Below are positions 28,832 to 38,844 of a stretch of 64,000 nt of DNA, piece by piece (the first letter of the stretch is position 1; each line of letters opens with the position of its first letter). The notes beneath the pieces are model-generated. The model ran no database searches. It worked only from the letters and a program-made list of their open reading frames with translations, and had not been told where the DNA came from. A program made the translations under genes and the position numbers. The DNA lies in IMG/VR virus record IMGVR_UViG_3300005613_000001, positions 248,001 through 312,000 of that record; one strand, 5' to 3'.

Positions 28832-31042
28832 TCGCGCACGCACCCTAAGAAATACATCATCCCAACTACCTTCAGTTTCTTGTCTAAATAGCCGAATTGA
28901 AGGATACCAAGGCGATACATCTCCCAAACCCCATCTCCAATCAGGCTTGTAAGGTAATAACCCCCACGCCTCTTTGCCCATCGCACCGGCCAAATGAAGA
29001 ACCGCTGTGTCTACCGATATTACTAAATCTAAAGCATCAACAATAGAGGCGGTATCCTCAAAATCGCCTACCTCCAGATTTAAAGCCATGTCTTGCAATA
29101 TGTCACATTCATCAGAGGTAATATTTTTCTGAAGCGAGTAGAGCTTTACGCCGGGCATCTTAAGTTGTTGAAAGCTTGATACATCAATTGATCTTCTTCT
29201 ATCATTAGGGTGCCGAGGATTGCCTTTCCAACAAATACCCACCTTATACTCATCCCCAATTAATACACAGTCAATTTGAGCGGCAATATATGGTTTATTG
29301 GGAATGTCATAGTAACCCAAAAGATGTGGCAAACTCACAATGGGGATGTGATAATCGTACTGAATCTCGTCACTCTTAATGTCCTTCAGGTGAATCTCAT
29401 CTACGCCCTCACAATGCTCAAGTAAATTAGCAATCACCAAAGAACAAGACAACACTACATGACAGCCCCGCTCTTTGAGTTTTGGCAAGAATCTTACAAA
29501 ATGAATCGCATCACCCAACCCCTGCTCGCAGAATACCACAACCCGCTTACCCTCCAAGTCATCTGTCCCATTCCACTTCTTGTCCGCCCCATATTGATTT
29601 AAATATGCTATCATCATCGGATAGTGATTTAAACGATGCTCGTATTCAACCCACGCCTCCTTATATTTCCCCATGAGTTGATAACAATAAAATAAGTTCA
29701 CATGTGCGCCCGAGAGACCAGGGCGAAGAGAAATGGCTGATTCTAAATACTCAGCAGCTTTTTGCAAATCCAAGGCATCCATATAGGCGCTCCCCAGATT
29801 TGTCATCACATAAGGATCAATCTTATACTCTAAAGATTTTAACAGCACTCCAATCGCAAGATCGCTCCTATCTACATTCCTGTATTGTAATCCCAAATTA
29901 TTCAAAAAAGAGGGATTCTCAGGAACCAATCCAACCGCCGTCTGAGCATGCTCCAAAGCCTTCTCCATATCCCTAGACGCATAACAAATAGATATGTTGT
30001 TGTGAAGTTCCGCATTATCAGGCTCTAACTCAATTGCCTTAGATAATAATGCAATTGCATCGTCAGGCTGTGATAGGTTGTTTTGAACAATCCCCAACAT
30101 TTGAAGCACATTGGTATTGTTGGGCTCTACCTTAAGAGCTTGTTGTAGTAAGCCCACCGCCTCTTTGTCTTTTCCCTGCTTACAGAGAAGCGTAGCACTA
30201 CCTACAGCCTTCTCTACTAAGTTCTGGATAGATTCAGGGGTCCGACTCTTCTTCTTTGTAAATTTTAAAGGAGGCGGCTCTCCGAAGATTCTACTGGAAA
30301 GCTCAATCGTTTCCTCATCAAACAAAGCAAGATATTCTGGGTCGTCTTCGTAATACTTCCACCGATTCATTAAATCCAAGTTTTTGGGCTCATTTACCGC
30401 CTCAAAACTGCTACCCCTACTGAATTCCCATCCTATAGTAGAATTAAAACCCTTATCCGAGAAGATTGCATCGGTATTGAATTCACCACTAATGCTTCTA
30501 CGATATTCCCTATCTTCAAACCACAAATTAAAATCAACCCTCACAGCATTCCTCAAATATTCAGTCTCCCCTAAAAACTCCTTAGCATATTGTTTCCAGA
30601 GATGAATTGTGAACTGATCTACAGCATTAGCTTTTCTCTGTGTCTCATCCTTATCAGATCGAACAATTTTGAGGCGGCTAGCAAATGTATTAAATGGATC
30701 GCGGAGGACAATGATAGGGGTACTCAATACCCTTTGTCGGTGAAGATCCACATAATCTAATGGGTGATCTTCAAAACTCAATAAATTAATCCCTTTGCCA
30801 GAGCCTCCTGCAAGATAATTCACATGCGACTTCAGAACTTCGACGGTTCCATCTGTATTCAACTTACAATTATTAAAATGACGCTTATCGCCGTACCAAT
30901 GGAGCAAAAGCCAATAGATTAAAGCATGATTGCCACTTCTCCGCAGTCCAAAAACATGCAGATCGCCCTTATTTTGAGGCACTTCCACTACATTTTGTTG
31001 GCGAAACAGCATATCTCGTATTTCTTTTAACATTTTTTCCAT
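28778..31042 (-). CDS. Fusion: sulfotransferase-like + TPR repeats + GT9-like glycosyltransferase
   Basis: GLRRSGNHA and LRDPFNTFAS; TPR repeats; EQGLGDAIHFVRF, GICWKGNP, DLVISVDTAVLHLAGAMG, DWRW. Confidence 0.85.
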   Translation of the reverse strand: MEKMLKEIRDMLFRQQNVVEVPQNKGDLHVFGLRRSGNHALIYWLLLHWYGDKRHFNNCKLNTDGTVEVLKSHVNYLAGGSGKGINLLSFEDHPLDYVDLHRQRVLSTPIIVLRDPFNTFASRLKIVRSDKDETQRKANAVDQFTIHLWKQYAKEFLGETEYLRNAVRVDFNLWFEDREYRRSISGEFNTDAIFSDKGFNSTIGWEFSRGSSFEAVNEPKNLDLMNRWKYYEDDPEYLALFDEETIELSSRIFGEPPPLKFTKKKSRTPESIQNLVEKAVGSATLLCKQGKDKEAVGLLQQALKVEPNNTNVLQMLGIVQNNLSQPDDAIALLSKAIELEPDNAELHNNISICYASRDMEKALEHAQTAVGLVPENPSFLNNLGLQYRNVDRSDLAIGVLLKSLEYKIDPYVMTNLGSAYMDALDLQKAAEYLESAISLRPGLSGAHVNLFYCYQLMGKYKEAWVEYEHRLNHYPMMIAYLNQYGADKKWNGTDDLEGKRVVVFCEQGLGDAIHFVRFLPKLKERGCHVVLSCSLVIANLLEHCEGVDEIHLKDIKSDEIQYDYHIPIVSLPHLLGYYDIPNKPYIAAQIDCVLIGDEYKVGICWKGNPRHPNDRRRSIDVSSFQQLKMPGVKLYSLQKNITSDECDILQDMALNLEVGDFEDTASIVDALDLVISVDTAVLHLAGAMGKEAWGLLPYKPDWRWGLGDVSPWYPSIRLFRQETEGSWDDVFLRVRARLTRNSASLANFSGSNSS

Positions 31043-31083
31043 TGTATCTCTCTGGTTTTTAACTTGTGTAAATAAATAACATT

Positions 31084-32505
31084 ATGTCGTCATTCTACAA
31101 TCTTTGGTCAAAAATAACAATCCAAGAGTCCCTTGAGGACTACTATGTAGAATTTTTCGCTAAACTCAAGAGTTATCCAGGCGATGTTTATGTGCATTTT
31201 ACAGATGGTGTTACTGATAATATACCTAAAGGGGCAATAGAACAACCTAAAATCGGCATCAATCCCAGAAATAAAGGCGGATATTACGGCGACCCAACAG
31301 GAGTGTATGCTTTTCCCCGAGATTACGTCCTAAGCGACTTAGGCGTTAACCACTTCTTCTACTCAAAGAAGTATATTTACATTATCCAACTTAAGCCTGG
31401 GCAGCGAATTCTTAATTTGACAACAATAACCCTTCCTGAAGCTGAGGGGGTAGCAGCCAACTTGGGGCTGACTTATGAATTCGCCGCCACCGCCAGGATG
31501 AACTCAGGGAAAGAACCAGGAAAAATACTTTGGACAACCTTCATTGACAATTACAAAAAGAACAAAGGCGGAAATGCCGCTTTTAATAATGCAGTCAGAA
31601 GAGCGGGATATGATGCAATTGTTGATGATGGAAGTGGCATCATACATCATAATGAAAAAAACCAAATAGCCATTCTTAATCCTAGAGGATATAGAGTGCT
31701 TGATATGATGAAAAACCCCATAAGAAGTGGAGTTTCACAACAACGACTGGCAATGCGCATCCTGAAGATAGTAGCAACTCAAGTATTAGGGAAATACTCC
31801 CTAACAACCAGCCGAAGCAGTCGTTCTGAAAAAACCTACCACGCGAAGGGTAGAATTAAGAATAAACCGTTCACTGTATATCTCACCCAATACGAAGAAG
31901 GAACCAGATTCCGAGCAAGTATTGGGATAGGCTCTCACTACATGGATAGCTACATCAAACCCTTCACCATCATAGTGCCAGAGGATACTTACTTTGATGT
32001 AGACAACGAAGCTAAAACCATTGCCGCCGCTATCAATGCAAAACTAGAGAAAACTCAAATCAGGTCCAGCAATAAGAAAAAGGTAGCAGATTTAGCAAAT
32101 GCCTTAGCACAAATTATGGGCTTTACCAAAATGCCCGAACTTGATGAAGAAAGTGCCACCCTAACAAGACGATACAAAAAAGGCAAATTTAGATTTAATG
32201 TTCGCTATAGTATGGGCAAATACACTTTACACATTCGCCTCGATACTCAAGGTTTATATGCAGTATCAATGGACGGAAGCTCAGAAATACCAGAAACAGC
32301 ACTAGAAGGCGATCTAAAATCTATAGCTAAAATGTATCTCATTGATACTTTAGATGATCTGGAAAAAAGAACCTATCAACTCTACAATCCAGACGAAGAA
32401 GCCCACAAAGACCGGGCGATGTCCTATACTCATGCTGAAAAAGGTAAGAGAATGTTGGACTTCTTAGAGTTTATAAGGAACAAGTTTTCAATAACTGTTT
32501 CCTAA
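31084..32505 (+). CDS. Putative ADP-ribosyltransferase-fold protein (N-terminal domain) with unknown C-terminal domains
   Basis: VYVHFT, GVYAFP, AGYDAIVD...HHNEKNQIAILNP pattern; TAAATA upstream. Confidence 0.45.
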   Translation: MSSFYNLWSKITIQESLEDYYVEFFAKLKSYPGDVYVHFTDGVTDNIPKGAIEQPKIGINPRNKGGYYGDPTGVYAFPRDYVLSDLGVNHFFYSKKYIYIIQLKPGQRILNLTTITLPEAEGVAANLGLTYEFAATARMNSGKEPGKILWTTFIDNYKKNKGGNAAFNNAVRRAGYDAIVDDGSGIIHHNEKNQIAILNPRGYRVLDMMKNPIRSGVSQQRLAMRILKIVATQVLGKYSLTTSRSSRSEKTYHAKGRIKNKPFTVYLTQYEEGTRFRASIGIGSHYMDSYIKPFTIIVPEDTYFDVDNEAKTIAAAINAKLEKTQIRSSNKKKVADLANALAQIMGFTKMPELDEESATLTRRYKKGKFRFNVRYSMGKYTLHIRLDTQGLYAVSMDGSSEIPETALEGDLKSIAKMYLIDTLDDLEKRTYQLYNPDEEAHKDRAMSYTHAEKGKRMLDFLEFIRNKFSITVS

Positions 32506-32824
32506 TATTCAACTCGTAGCCTCTTGGATTGTAACCATGTAATCGATCAGGCCAATCATCGGCAGCATCTACAAGCTGGACTACACATTCCGCCGCAATC
32601 CACATTTCTTTGCCTGCCATGTCAAATCTAGATGGATCAAAATACTTGCCAGTACAAGATTCTACATAAGCCGTGATAGGCGAGAAAACGCGATCATCTT
32701 CATTCTTTAATCCGCGAATCTCTTTAAATTGAACACCATCTCGCTCAGTCACAATGTAAAACCAATTGTACTTATCAGCTACTTCAGAAAAAGCTTTTAT
32801 AAAATCAGATGCTCTGCGTATCAT
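32471..32824 (-). CDS. Hypothetical protein
   Basis: ORF. Confidence 0.55.
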   Translation of the reverse strand: MIRRASDFIKAFSEVADKYNWFYIVTERDGVQFKEIRGLKNEDDRVFSPITAYVESCTGKYFDPSRFDMAGKEMWIAAECVVQLVDAADDWPDRLHGYNPRGYELNIRKQLLKTCSL

Positions 32825-33071
32825 TTTGTTTATCCTTTTTACTTAAATACTCCATGTATAAAACATGTCTAATTAAAAGATTAATTCCCCAAAGCAACAC
32901 TGGGAGAAATAAAGCAGAATTCTCACCAACATAACAGTCTAATGCAGCTAACACAAAGACGGTAATGCTTAAACAATAATTTAATTTGGGAAGTTTGTTA
33001 GTCCAAGATAGTATGCAAACTATAACTGCAATTGTCAGATATATAACTTGGAAGGTGAGATAATATATCAT
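32805..33071 (-). CDS. Membrane protein
   Basis: Three hydrophobic segments. Confidence 0.55.
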   Translation of the reverse strand: MIYYLTFQVIYLTIAVIVCILSWTNKLPKLNYCLSITVFVLAALDCYVGENSALFLPVLLWGINLLIRHVLYMEYLSKKDKQNDTQSI

Positions 33072-33667
33072 TTCACGCTATACTCCCGCCAAATTTCCAA
33101 ATCATATTCAGCAATTGGCTTCTTGGCTTGTTTTGCTAACTTAATAAACTCCTTCTCAATTTCCCTGTATTTCTTTCCAGATGGCGTACTCTTGGGGACA
33201 TCAAATCCCTTAGCTCGCATAAATTTTAGAATGTGAGTATCAAGTCCAGCATATTCCTGGTCAGGACGACTATGAATCAAAAAACAACGTGCCGTCTTAG
33301 GACCAATGCCAGGAATCGCCTCTAATTCTTCAACTGAGCAGGTTTCTAAGTTCAACCTACTATTTGCCAAAGCAAGAAATGATTTGGATTTCATACCATA
33401 ACAACCAATTCCACAAATCTTCATCCCCGCTGACACCCATGAGTCGTTGGTGTGTAATTGGTTCTTTTTCCTAATCATGGCAAAAGGACTACGGGGCGGG
33501 GTCATATCTTTCATTCGGAACCATTTTCTAGTAAGAGAAAGAAATGAATCCAAACACCGGGCAGCAGTGCGACCATTCTTGCCAGCAGCACAAATCCAGA
33601 ATAAAAGATGTTCTTCTAATTGATTACGATTTAAATTGAAATTTGTAATATTTACAGGATCAACCAT
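33068..33667 (-). CDS. HhH-GPD superfamily DNA glycosylase (Ogg-like)
   Basis: LEAIPGIGPKTA, LDTHILKFM, KYREIEK. Confidence 0.75.
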   Translation of the reverse strand: MVDPVNITNFNLNRNQLEEHLLFWICAAGKNGRTAARCLDSFLSLTRKWFRMKDMTPPRSPFAMIRKKNQLHTNDSWVSAGMKICGIGCYGMKSKSFLALANSRLNLETCSVEELEAIPGIGPKTARCFLIHSRPDQEYAGLDTHILKFMRAKGFDVPKSTPSGKKYREIEKEFIKLAKQAKKPIAEYDLEIWREYSVK

Positions 33668-34175
33668 TAGTTCGTTCCAATACAGCCTTGATTTTATCCT
33701 CTATCAATGCATCTTGTGGATTTACCGACCCAGTAGCAGCTTTAATTTCCAACCCTAGCTTGTCCATTTCTTTCCGTATCATATGACCCAAAGCCTGAGC
33801 ATTATCGTGATTCTTGTCCCATGATCTAAGATAGTTTTTAATTTTATCTAAAACTCGGGTGCAAGCTATAACGTGCTTTGATGCCTTAACTACCTCGGGA
33901 TCAGCTTTAGCAAGAGATTCAGTGAGCGCAACAGTATTAGATGCTTTATAAGCTTGGAATTTCTCAGCATAGGCTACTTCATAATGCATTTTAGCTAACT
34001 GAAGCTGTGCCTGTGCATCTGCCGCCTTTTGACCATAATAATTATAAAGCGAGGCTTCCTTCTGCATGTAATCGTTCAGGGTCGCCTCATTAAAATCTAG
34101 GTCATTGGGATCAATTGTGATATCTTCGGTCCCAACCTTCACAGTTTCAACAATTTTAAGATCTTCTAAATTCAT
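33660..34175 (-). CDS. Probable UvsY-like recombination mediator
   Basis: Helical ORF, DL.FNE..L....SLY.YY pattern; uvsX and gp32-like genes in the same window. Confidence 0.5.
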   Translation of the reverse strand: MNLEDLKIVETVKVGTEDITIDPNDLDFNEATLNDYMQKEASLYNYYGQKAADAQAQLQLAKMHYEVAYAEKFQAYKASNTVALTESLAKADPEVVKASKHVIACTRVLDKIKNYLRSWDKNHDNAQALGHMIRKEMDKLGLEIKAATGSVNPQDALIEDKIKAVLERTNG

Positions 34176-34227
34176 GAATTCCTCCGCAGTGATTATACTA
34201 AATTAAATAAGAAAAGGAAAGCTTAAT

Positions 34228-34890
34228 ATGTCTGACCCAGAAGTTGTTAATATAATATCTTGTGGACGTACTGGCTCCACTCTCTTAATGGGAATTTTAA
34301 ATTCCATTGATGGCTACATGATCCGTGGTGAGAATCTCCAAATATTCCACAAATTATTTGAATTTCATCAATTGGCTAATCGTATAAAGCATTACAAAAA
34401 AGAAACCCATCCTTGGTTCAACAATTACTCAACAGATAATATTAATCAAAATCTTAAACGCCTCTTTTTTGATTTCCTAGACAAAGACCGAACTCATCGT
34501 GTGGTTGGATTTAAAGAAATACGATACGTTTTTGGTGAACACAAGCATCAACGGGGACAATTGCCATTAGTTCCTATGTCACCAAATGAAAAAAGGCTCT
34601 TATTTAAATATTTGGACTTCCTACATGAACTAACCAATTGTAAATTCATCTATAACACCCGAACTATTAGCGAAGTCGTTAAAAGTGGTTGGTGGGCGGA
34701 CAATAATGACTCCCAAAAAATAATCAAAAGATTTGAGCGGATAATGTTCCATTATTGCAATACCAGGGATTTTTGTTTTCATGTCAGCTACAAAGATGTT
34801 ATATCACAAAATTTAAAACCAATGTTCAGATTCTTAAATGAAGAATACAATCAAGAAAAAATTGAAAACGTCCTAAAGATCAGACATTAA
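34228..34890 (+). CDS. Sulfotransferase
   Basis: SCGRTGSTLL, GFKEIR, YNTR. Confidence 0.75.
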   Translation: MSDPEVVNIISCGRTGSTLLMGILNSIDGYMIRGENLQIFHKLFEFHQLANRIKHYKKETHPWFNNYSTDNINQNLKRLFFDFLDKDRTHRVVGFKEIRYVFGEHKHQRGQLPLVPMSPNEKRLLFKYLDFLHELTNCKFIYNTRTISEVVKSGWWADNNDSQKIIKRFERIMFHYCNTRDFCFHVSYKDVISQNLKPMFRFLNEEYNQEKIENVLKIRH

Positions 34891-36371
34891 TCTTTATCAC
34901 CACCCTCCACACTGCTCATTTCATCAAACTTCTGGGTGGTTCTATCAGCATCCTTTTCAACAACCTGACTAACTCTAGAATGATAAGTGCGGTTGTCTAT
35001 CTGGTACATTCTCAAAGTCATTTCGTCGTAACCAATCTCAAAATTAAATCTACTTTTACCCCTTCTATGTTTAATTACATAACCCCTAGCTACACTTGCT
35101 TTTTTCTCATTTTTACCCTGATTAATGGAATAAAGCCCATCTAAGGGGCGGGTTTGACCAAAAGCGTCAGCTAAGTTGTCATCATCAATGAACTTGCTGG
35201 GATCGTCTTGAAGTTCTCGGGCACTTCGGTTGGGCTGCATGGCTGTGAAGCACAAGAAGTCTTCTTCGGTGGCAAACCCTCTAAGATCACGAACTATTTT
35301 AAATCTAGATTCGTGCGTCGGGATACCAGGAGCATCCTTCATTTCGCCAATGTAATCGACAATAACCAAATCTGGGTTGAAGCCCAACATCTTCATTTGA
35401 GAGTGATAGGCTCGGATGGTGTTTACATCTGCCACACCGGCTGGGAATTGTTGGATAACCAATTGCCGTTTATCCTCGTAATCTCTTACCACTTCCTTCA
35501 CCGACTCAATTACCATTTCTTTACGATCAAATAAATGATTAATATTTTCATTTGCTAGTTGGGCATCAAACCTCTCAGCTACGCTATCAACATCCATCTC
35601 GCAAGAAATGTATAGTACCTTTTTGCCCAGAATGAGATTTTTCACAGAACAAGCCACAAGGGCCAAACTTTTCCCCGTACCCGACATGCCCATCCAAGCA
35701 TAAATTTCCCCGCGTGTAGGTCCGCCTCCTGTTAATGCATTATCTAATATTTCAAATCCAGTAGTGAATTTTTCCGCAGTTTCTATATCTTCCCCCATCC
35801 GTTCATATCGTTCTTCCAAAGTATTAAAATAATCTAAACCATCATTGTATTCACGATCAATTGTTACTGCATCTCTGTATATGTCATAAATCTTCATCCA
35901 TGTTTCATCATCTTCATAGCCCTTCTTCAACAGGTTAAATGACTCCCTAAAAGCCACTCGCAAAGCTTGAGCCTTGGCAAACTTCAAGACCTTGTTTTCT
36001 AGGGCTTGCCTGCTGTCTAAACCAGGAATGTAATAGTCGTAAAGCCCTGTTAATTCCCCTTGGGCAGACAATATTGCAGCTTCATCACCCAATGCATCTG
36101 CAATTTCCTGTTGAAGTATAATCCGATTTGGCATCGTCTTATACTCTTCAAAATATTCAAATAGGCATCTACTGATTACTTTGTGATTAATATTCGTAAA
36201 ATATGTTGGTTGGATTAAACTTAAACTCTGCATCAAAAACTGACGGTCTGCCAATAACATGCTTAAAATGAGGCGTTGGTAATCCTCTTCTAAGGCATAC
36301 CGAGCTTTTTGGTCAGCATCGGGATCAACTAGATTTGCTACAATTTCTTCAGGCGTTTTATCTCTGCTCAT
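34887..36371 (-). CDS. Replicative helicase DnaB/gp41-like
   Basis: TTGF..LD...GG..RGE, GMSGTGKS, YISCEM, LVIVDY, TAMQPNR, KHRRG. Confidence 0.9.
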   Translation of the reverse strand: MSRDKTPEEIVANLVDPDADQKARYALEEDYQRLILSMLLADRQFLMQSLSLIQPTYFTNINHKVISRCLFEYFEEYKTMPNRIILQQEIADALGDEAAILSAQGELTGLYDYYIPGLDSRQALENKVLKFAKAQALRVAFRESFNLLKKGYEDDETWMKIYDIYRDAVTIDREYNDGLDYFNTLEERYERMGEDIETAEKFTTGFEILDNALTGGGPTRGEIYAWMGMSGTGKSLALVACSVKNLILGKKVLYISCEMDVDSVAERFDAQLANENINHLFDRKEMVIESVKEVVRDYEDKRQLVIQQFPAGVADVNTIRAYHSQMKMLGFNPDLVIVDYIGEMKDAPGIPTHESRFKIVRDLRGFATEEDFLCFTAMQPNRSARELQDDPSKFIDDDNLADAFGQTRPLDGLYSINQGKNEKKASVARGYVIKHRRGKSRFNFEIGYDEMTLRMYQIDNRTYHSRVSQVVEKDADRTTQKFDEMSSVEGGDKD

Positions 36372-36373
36372 TC

Positions 36374-36688
36374 TTAACCTATAATCTCTATTACTTTCAT
36401 CTTTTGTGCTAATACCCAAGTTCCCCCTTGATTTTTGGGGCGGGTGTAAGTTTCGTAATCCTCAACCTCACATTTCACCCACACTCGTTCATGTCCCTTG
36501 GGTTCTTTTTTTAGATGAGGGGCTTCTGCTTTCAGACATGCGTGCCATCCAGGTCGGAATGCATACCCTTTTGTTCGGTGTGATTCAGCTTGTAGCCATT
36601 CACCAACCTTAATTCTTTGACGAGTGTTAATAAACAGCGGTCCAAGGCTACCATCTTTGCGGCGACGGAAAAGTTTATACACTATCAT
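36374..36688 (-). CDS. Conserved phage hypothetical protein
   Basis: YKLFRRRKDGSLGPLFIN, HRTKGYAFRPGWH. Confidence 0.65.
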   Translation of the reverse strand: MIVYKLFRRRKDGSLGPLFINTRQRIKVGEWLQAESHRTKGYAFRPGWHACLKAEAPHLKKEPKGHERVWVKCEVEDYETYTRPKNQGGTWVLAQKMKVIEIIG

Positions 36689-36750
36689 GAGAAAATGCCC
36701 TCCGCGAAAGCAAAGGGCATTATAGCAATTAAATTTAGATGCGCCAAGTT

Positions 36751-36918
36751 TTAATCATGCTCCTCAAAAGTAAAGGGAGATTCACCGTGATAACCGCCAC
36801 CAGGCCATCTAATATGTATCTTGCTTTGTTTATCCTCGGCTTTTTGGGTAGCTACGGTCCACCCTATAGCCAATCCTGCTATCAAGGCTAATATGCCTAT
36901 CCAAACCCTATCACTCAT
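36751..36918 (-). CDS. 55-aa membrane peptide
   Basis: Hand translation MSDRVWIGILALIAGLAIGWTVATQK...; GAGGA upstream. Confidence 0.55.
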   Translation of the reverse strand: MSDRVWIGILALIAGLAIGWTVATQKAEDKQSKIHIRWPGGGYHGESPFTFEEHD

Positions 36919-36920
36919 AA

Positions 36921-37019
36921 TTAATCCTCTTCCATCTCACGTTTTCTAATTTCCGCAGCCCACTCGTAAATCGCCTTCAAGGTCTCCACCGGGCTATCCT
37001 TTTTTTCCTCATCACTCAT
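36921..37019 (-). CDS. 32-aa peptide
   Basis: Hand translation MSDEEKKDSPVETLKAIYEWAAEIRKREMEED; GAGGA upstream; fills operon gap. Confidence 0.45.
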   Translation of the reverse strand: MSDEEKKDSPVETLKAIYEWAAEIRKREMEED

Positions 37020-37021
37020 AA

Positions 37022-37381
37022 CTAATCCTCTGAAAGATACTTTTGTTTTTCTTGATCTAATAGTTTATGAGAATTATAAATCATCTCATCCCAATTGTCT
37101 TGATGAAATCTCCCTTGCTCATCTTTATAAACAAAATGAACTATCTCAGAGTCAGGGTCATCATCTACCCACACAGCACCCAACTCAACTACCTTTGACA
37201 TTAACTTGCCATCTACCTCCTTGGAAACAATGGCAACAATAGGCATCTTAACCCAATGCCGCTTATATATTCCGTCATTAGCCTCATCGCCAGATTTATA
37301 ACCATACAAATATCCAGCCACAAAAAGCGAGGCGGCGGCAGCAATAAAAATTATCCAATACAGTATCTTAAAGTATTTCAT
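37022..37381 (-). CDS. Membrane-anchored hypothetical protein
   Basis: N-terminal hydrophobic helix. Confidence 0.6.
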   Translation of the reverse strand: MKYFKILYWIIFIAAAASLFVAGYLYGYKSGDEANDGIYKRHWVKMPIVAIVSKEVDGKLMSKVVELGAVWVDDDPDSEIVHFVYKDEQGRFHQDNWDEMIYNSHKLLDQEKQKYLSED

Positions 37382-37956
37382 TTTGAACTCACTAAATAGT
37401 CAAATTCGCTGATTGAAACTTGCCCTGTTCGGATCGGCTTCTCCTTGGTAATTTTCTTACCAAGGGTTTTCTGGCAGTTCCAAGCAATTGCCTTACAATA
37501 TGTAGCGAACTTGGAATCTATTTGAAGCGGCGACTTCTTGGACGGACGGTATTTTCTCGGCACAACCGTCCGCACGATCTTGTCCAACATCTTCTCTTGG
37601 AAAGGACCAAATTTCTGGCGGTTGGCACCATGCCTCTTCCTATTCGCCCACAATTCACAAAGCTCATTTAAAACAAACCGCATGAACTTGTCCTCAGCAT
37701 ACTTCTTTGCAGTCTCTAAACACCTTTCAATATAAACCTGACGCTTATAGTAAGAGCCTGCAATCAATAAGTGCATTCTCAATTCTTGTGCCACATCATC
37801 AAAATCATTAGTGTGATTGTTCTTTGTATTCTTCTTCAACAATTGCCATGCTTGAAAATGACATAATGCTTCAAACTTATCCTGTAGCAACACCCATTCA
37901 TCTTCGCTCACTGAGAAATTATCGTGCATATTTATCCCTTCTTTGATTTCCAACAC
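37378..37956 (-). CDS. Possible sigma-factor region-2-like protein
   Basis: FDDVAQELRMHLLIA and KFATYCKAIAWN resemble regions 2.2 and 2.3; no region 4. Confidence 0.45.
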   Translation of the reverse strand: MLEIKEGINMHDNFSVSEDEWVLLQDKFEALCHFQAWQLLKKNTKNNHTNDFDDVAQELRMHLLIAGSYYKRQVYIERCLETAKKYAEDKFMRFVLNELCELWANRKRHGANRQKFGPFQEKMLDKIVRTVVPRKYRPSKKSPLQIDSKFATYCKAIAWNCQKTLGKKITKEKPIRTGQVSISEFDYLVSSK

Positions 37957-38807
37957 TTCCTATTGAAAGGTTGATTCCCATTGGTTTTTATAAAATTACT
38001 TAATGATGATCCACCCGACAGCCCCTTGACACCCACTCGCAAGGCCCTATCTATTGCATCCCATGTTACTAAATTATAACCATATTCTGAAGCCCACTCA
38101 ATTACACCTGATCTTTTCGTAGGATAATATCCATACTCTTTATAATGCCTTTCAATCCATTTTCTAATAATATTATTACTATATTTCTTAGTGTTTGATC
38201 TATTAATTACATTAAATTGTTCAGCAATTAATTTACTCAAAGAAGTATTTTTAGGCAATCCTCTCCAGCCATTAATCAAACAAGCCTCCAAAGCAGACCA
38301 AGTGATATCCTCATCAGCAAATTCCACTTTACCAGAGGCATGATGCGGAAACTTGCCATATTTATCTTTATATTTTTTAACCCAATTAACAACATCAATA
38401 TCTTTTATTATAGTTTTTCTATTTCCCCAAGAACTATCAGCAATTGGTCTTAAATTATATCCACATTCATAAGACTTCCATTCATCTATCCAATATTGCT
38501 CTCTCTCCGTTAAGTGTTCTAAATCATCTACCCTTTCAATTATAATAAAAATAAAACTTTCATCGCCATACTTATTCCAAGCATTTTGCAGTTTAGAATT
38601 TTTATGAACATTGTTTCTTAAATTGCGAAGATGTGATGTTAAACGATTTCCAACTCCCATTTTGTGTTTTCTTGCCTCAGGCTTAGCCATAGCCTGCCCT
38701 ACGTAGGGAGTTCCCATATTACATACATTGCTACACTTGTTTATGTTTATAATAGCATATACCCCTTGCACCCCTATATATTTGGAGATTTTTGATATTA
38801 CTTCCAT
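37932..38807 (-). mobile_element. Free-standing GIY-YIG homing endonuclease
   Basis: GVYAI...YVGQA, RLTSH, HKNSKLQNAW.KYG, EREQYWID; two similar C-terminal modules. Confidence 0.85.
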
Positions 38808-38844
38808 AACACAATATAGTAATTTAATTACAAAAATTCCCAAA

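Noticed and set aside
37932-38843. GIY-YIG gene as part of a group I intron in polA
   Set aside because: It starts after the polA stop codon and overlaps the next gene, leaving no room for intron structure; treated as free-standing
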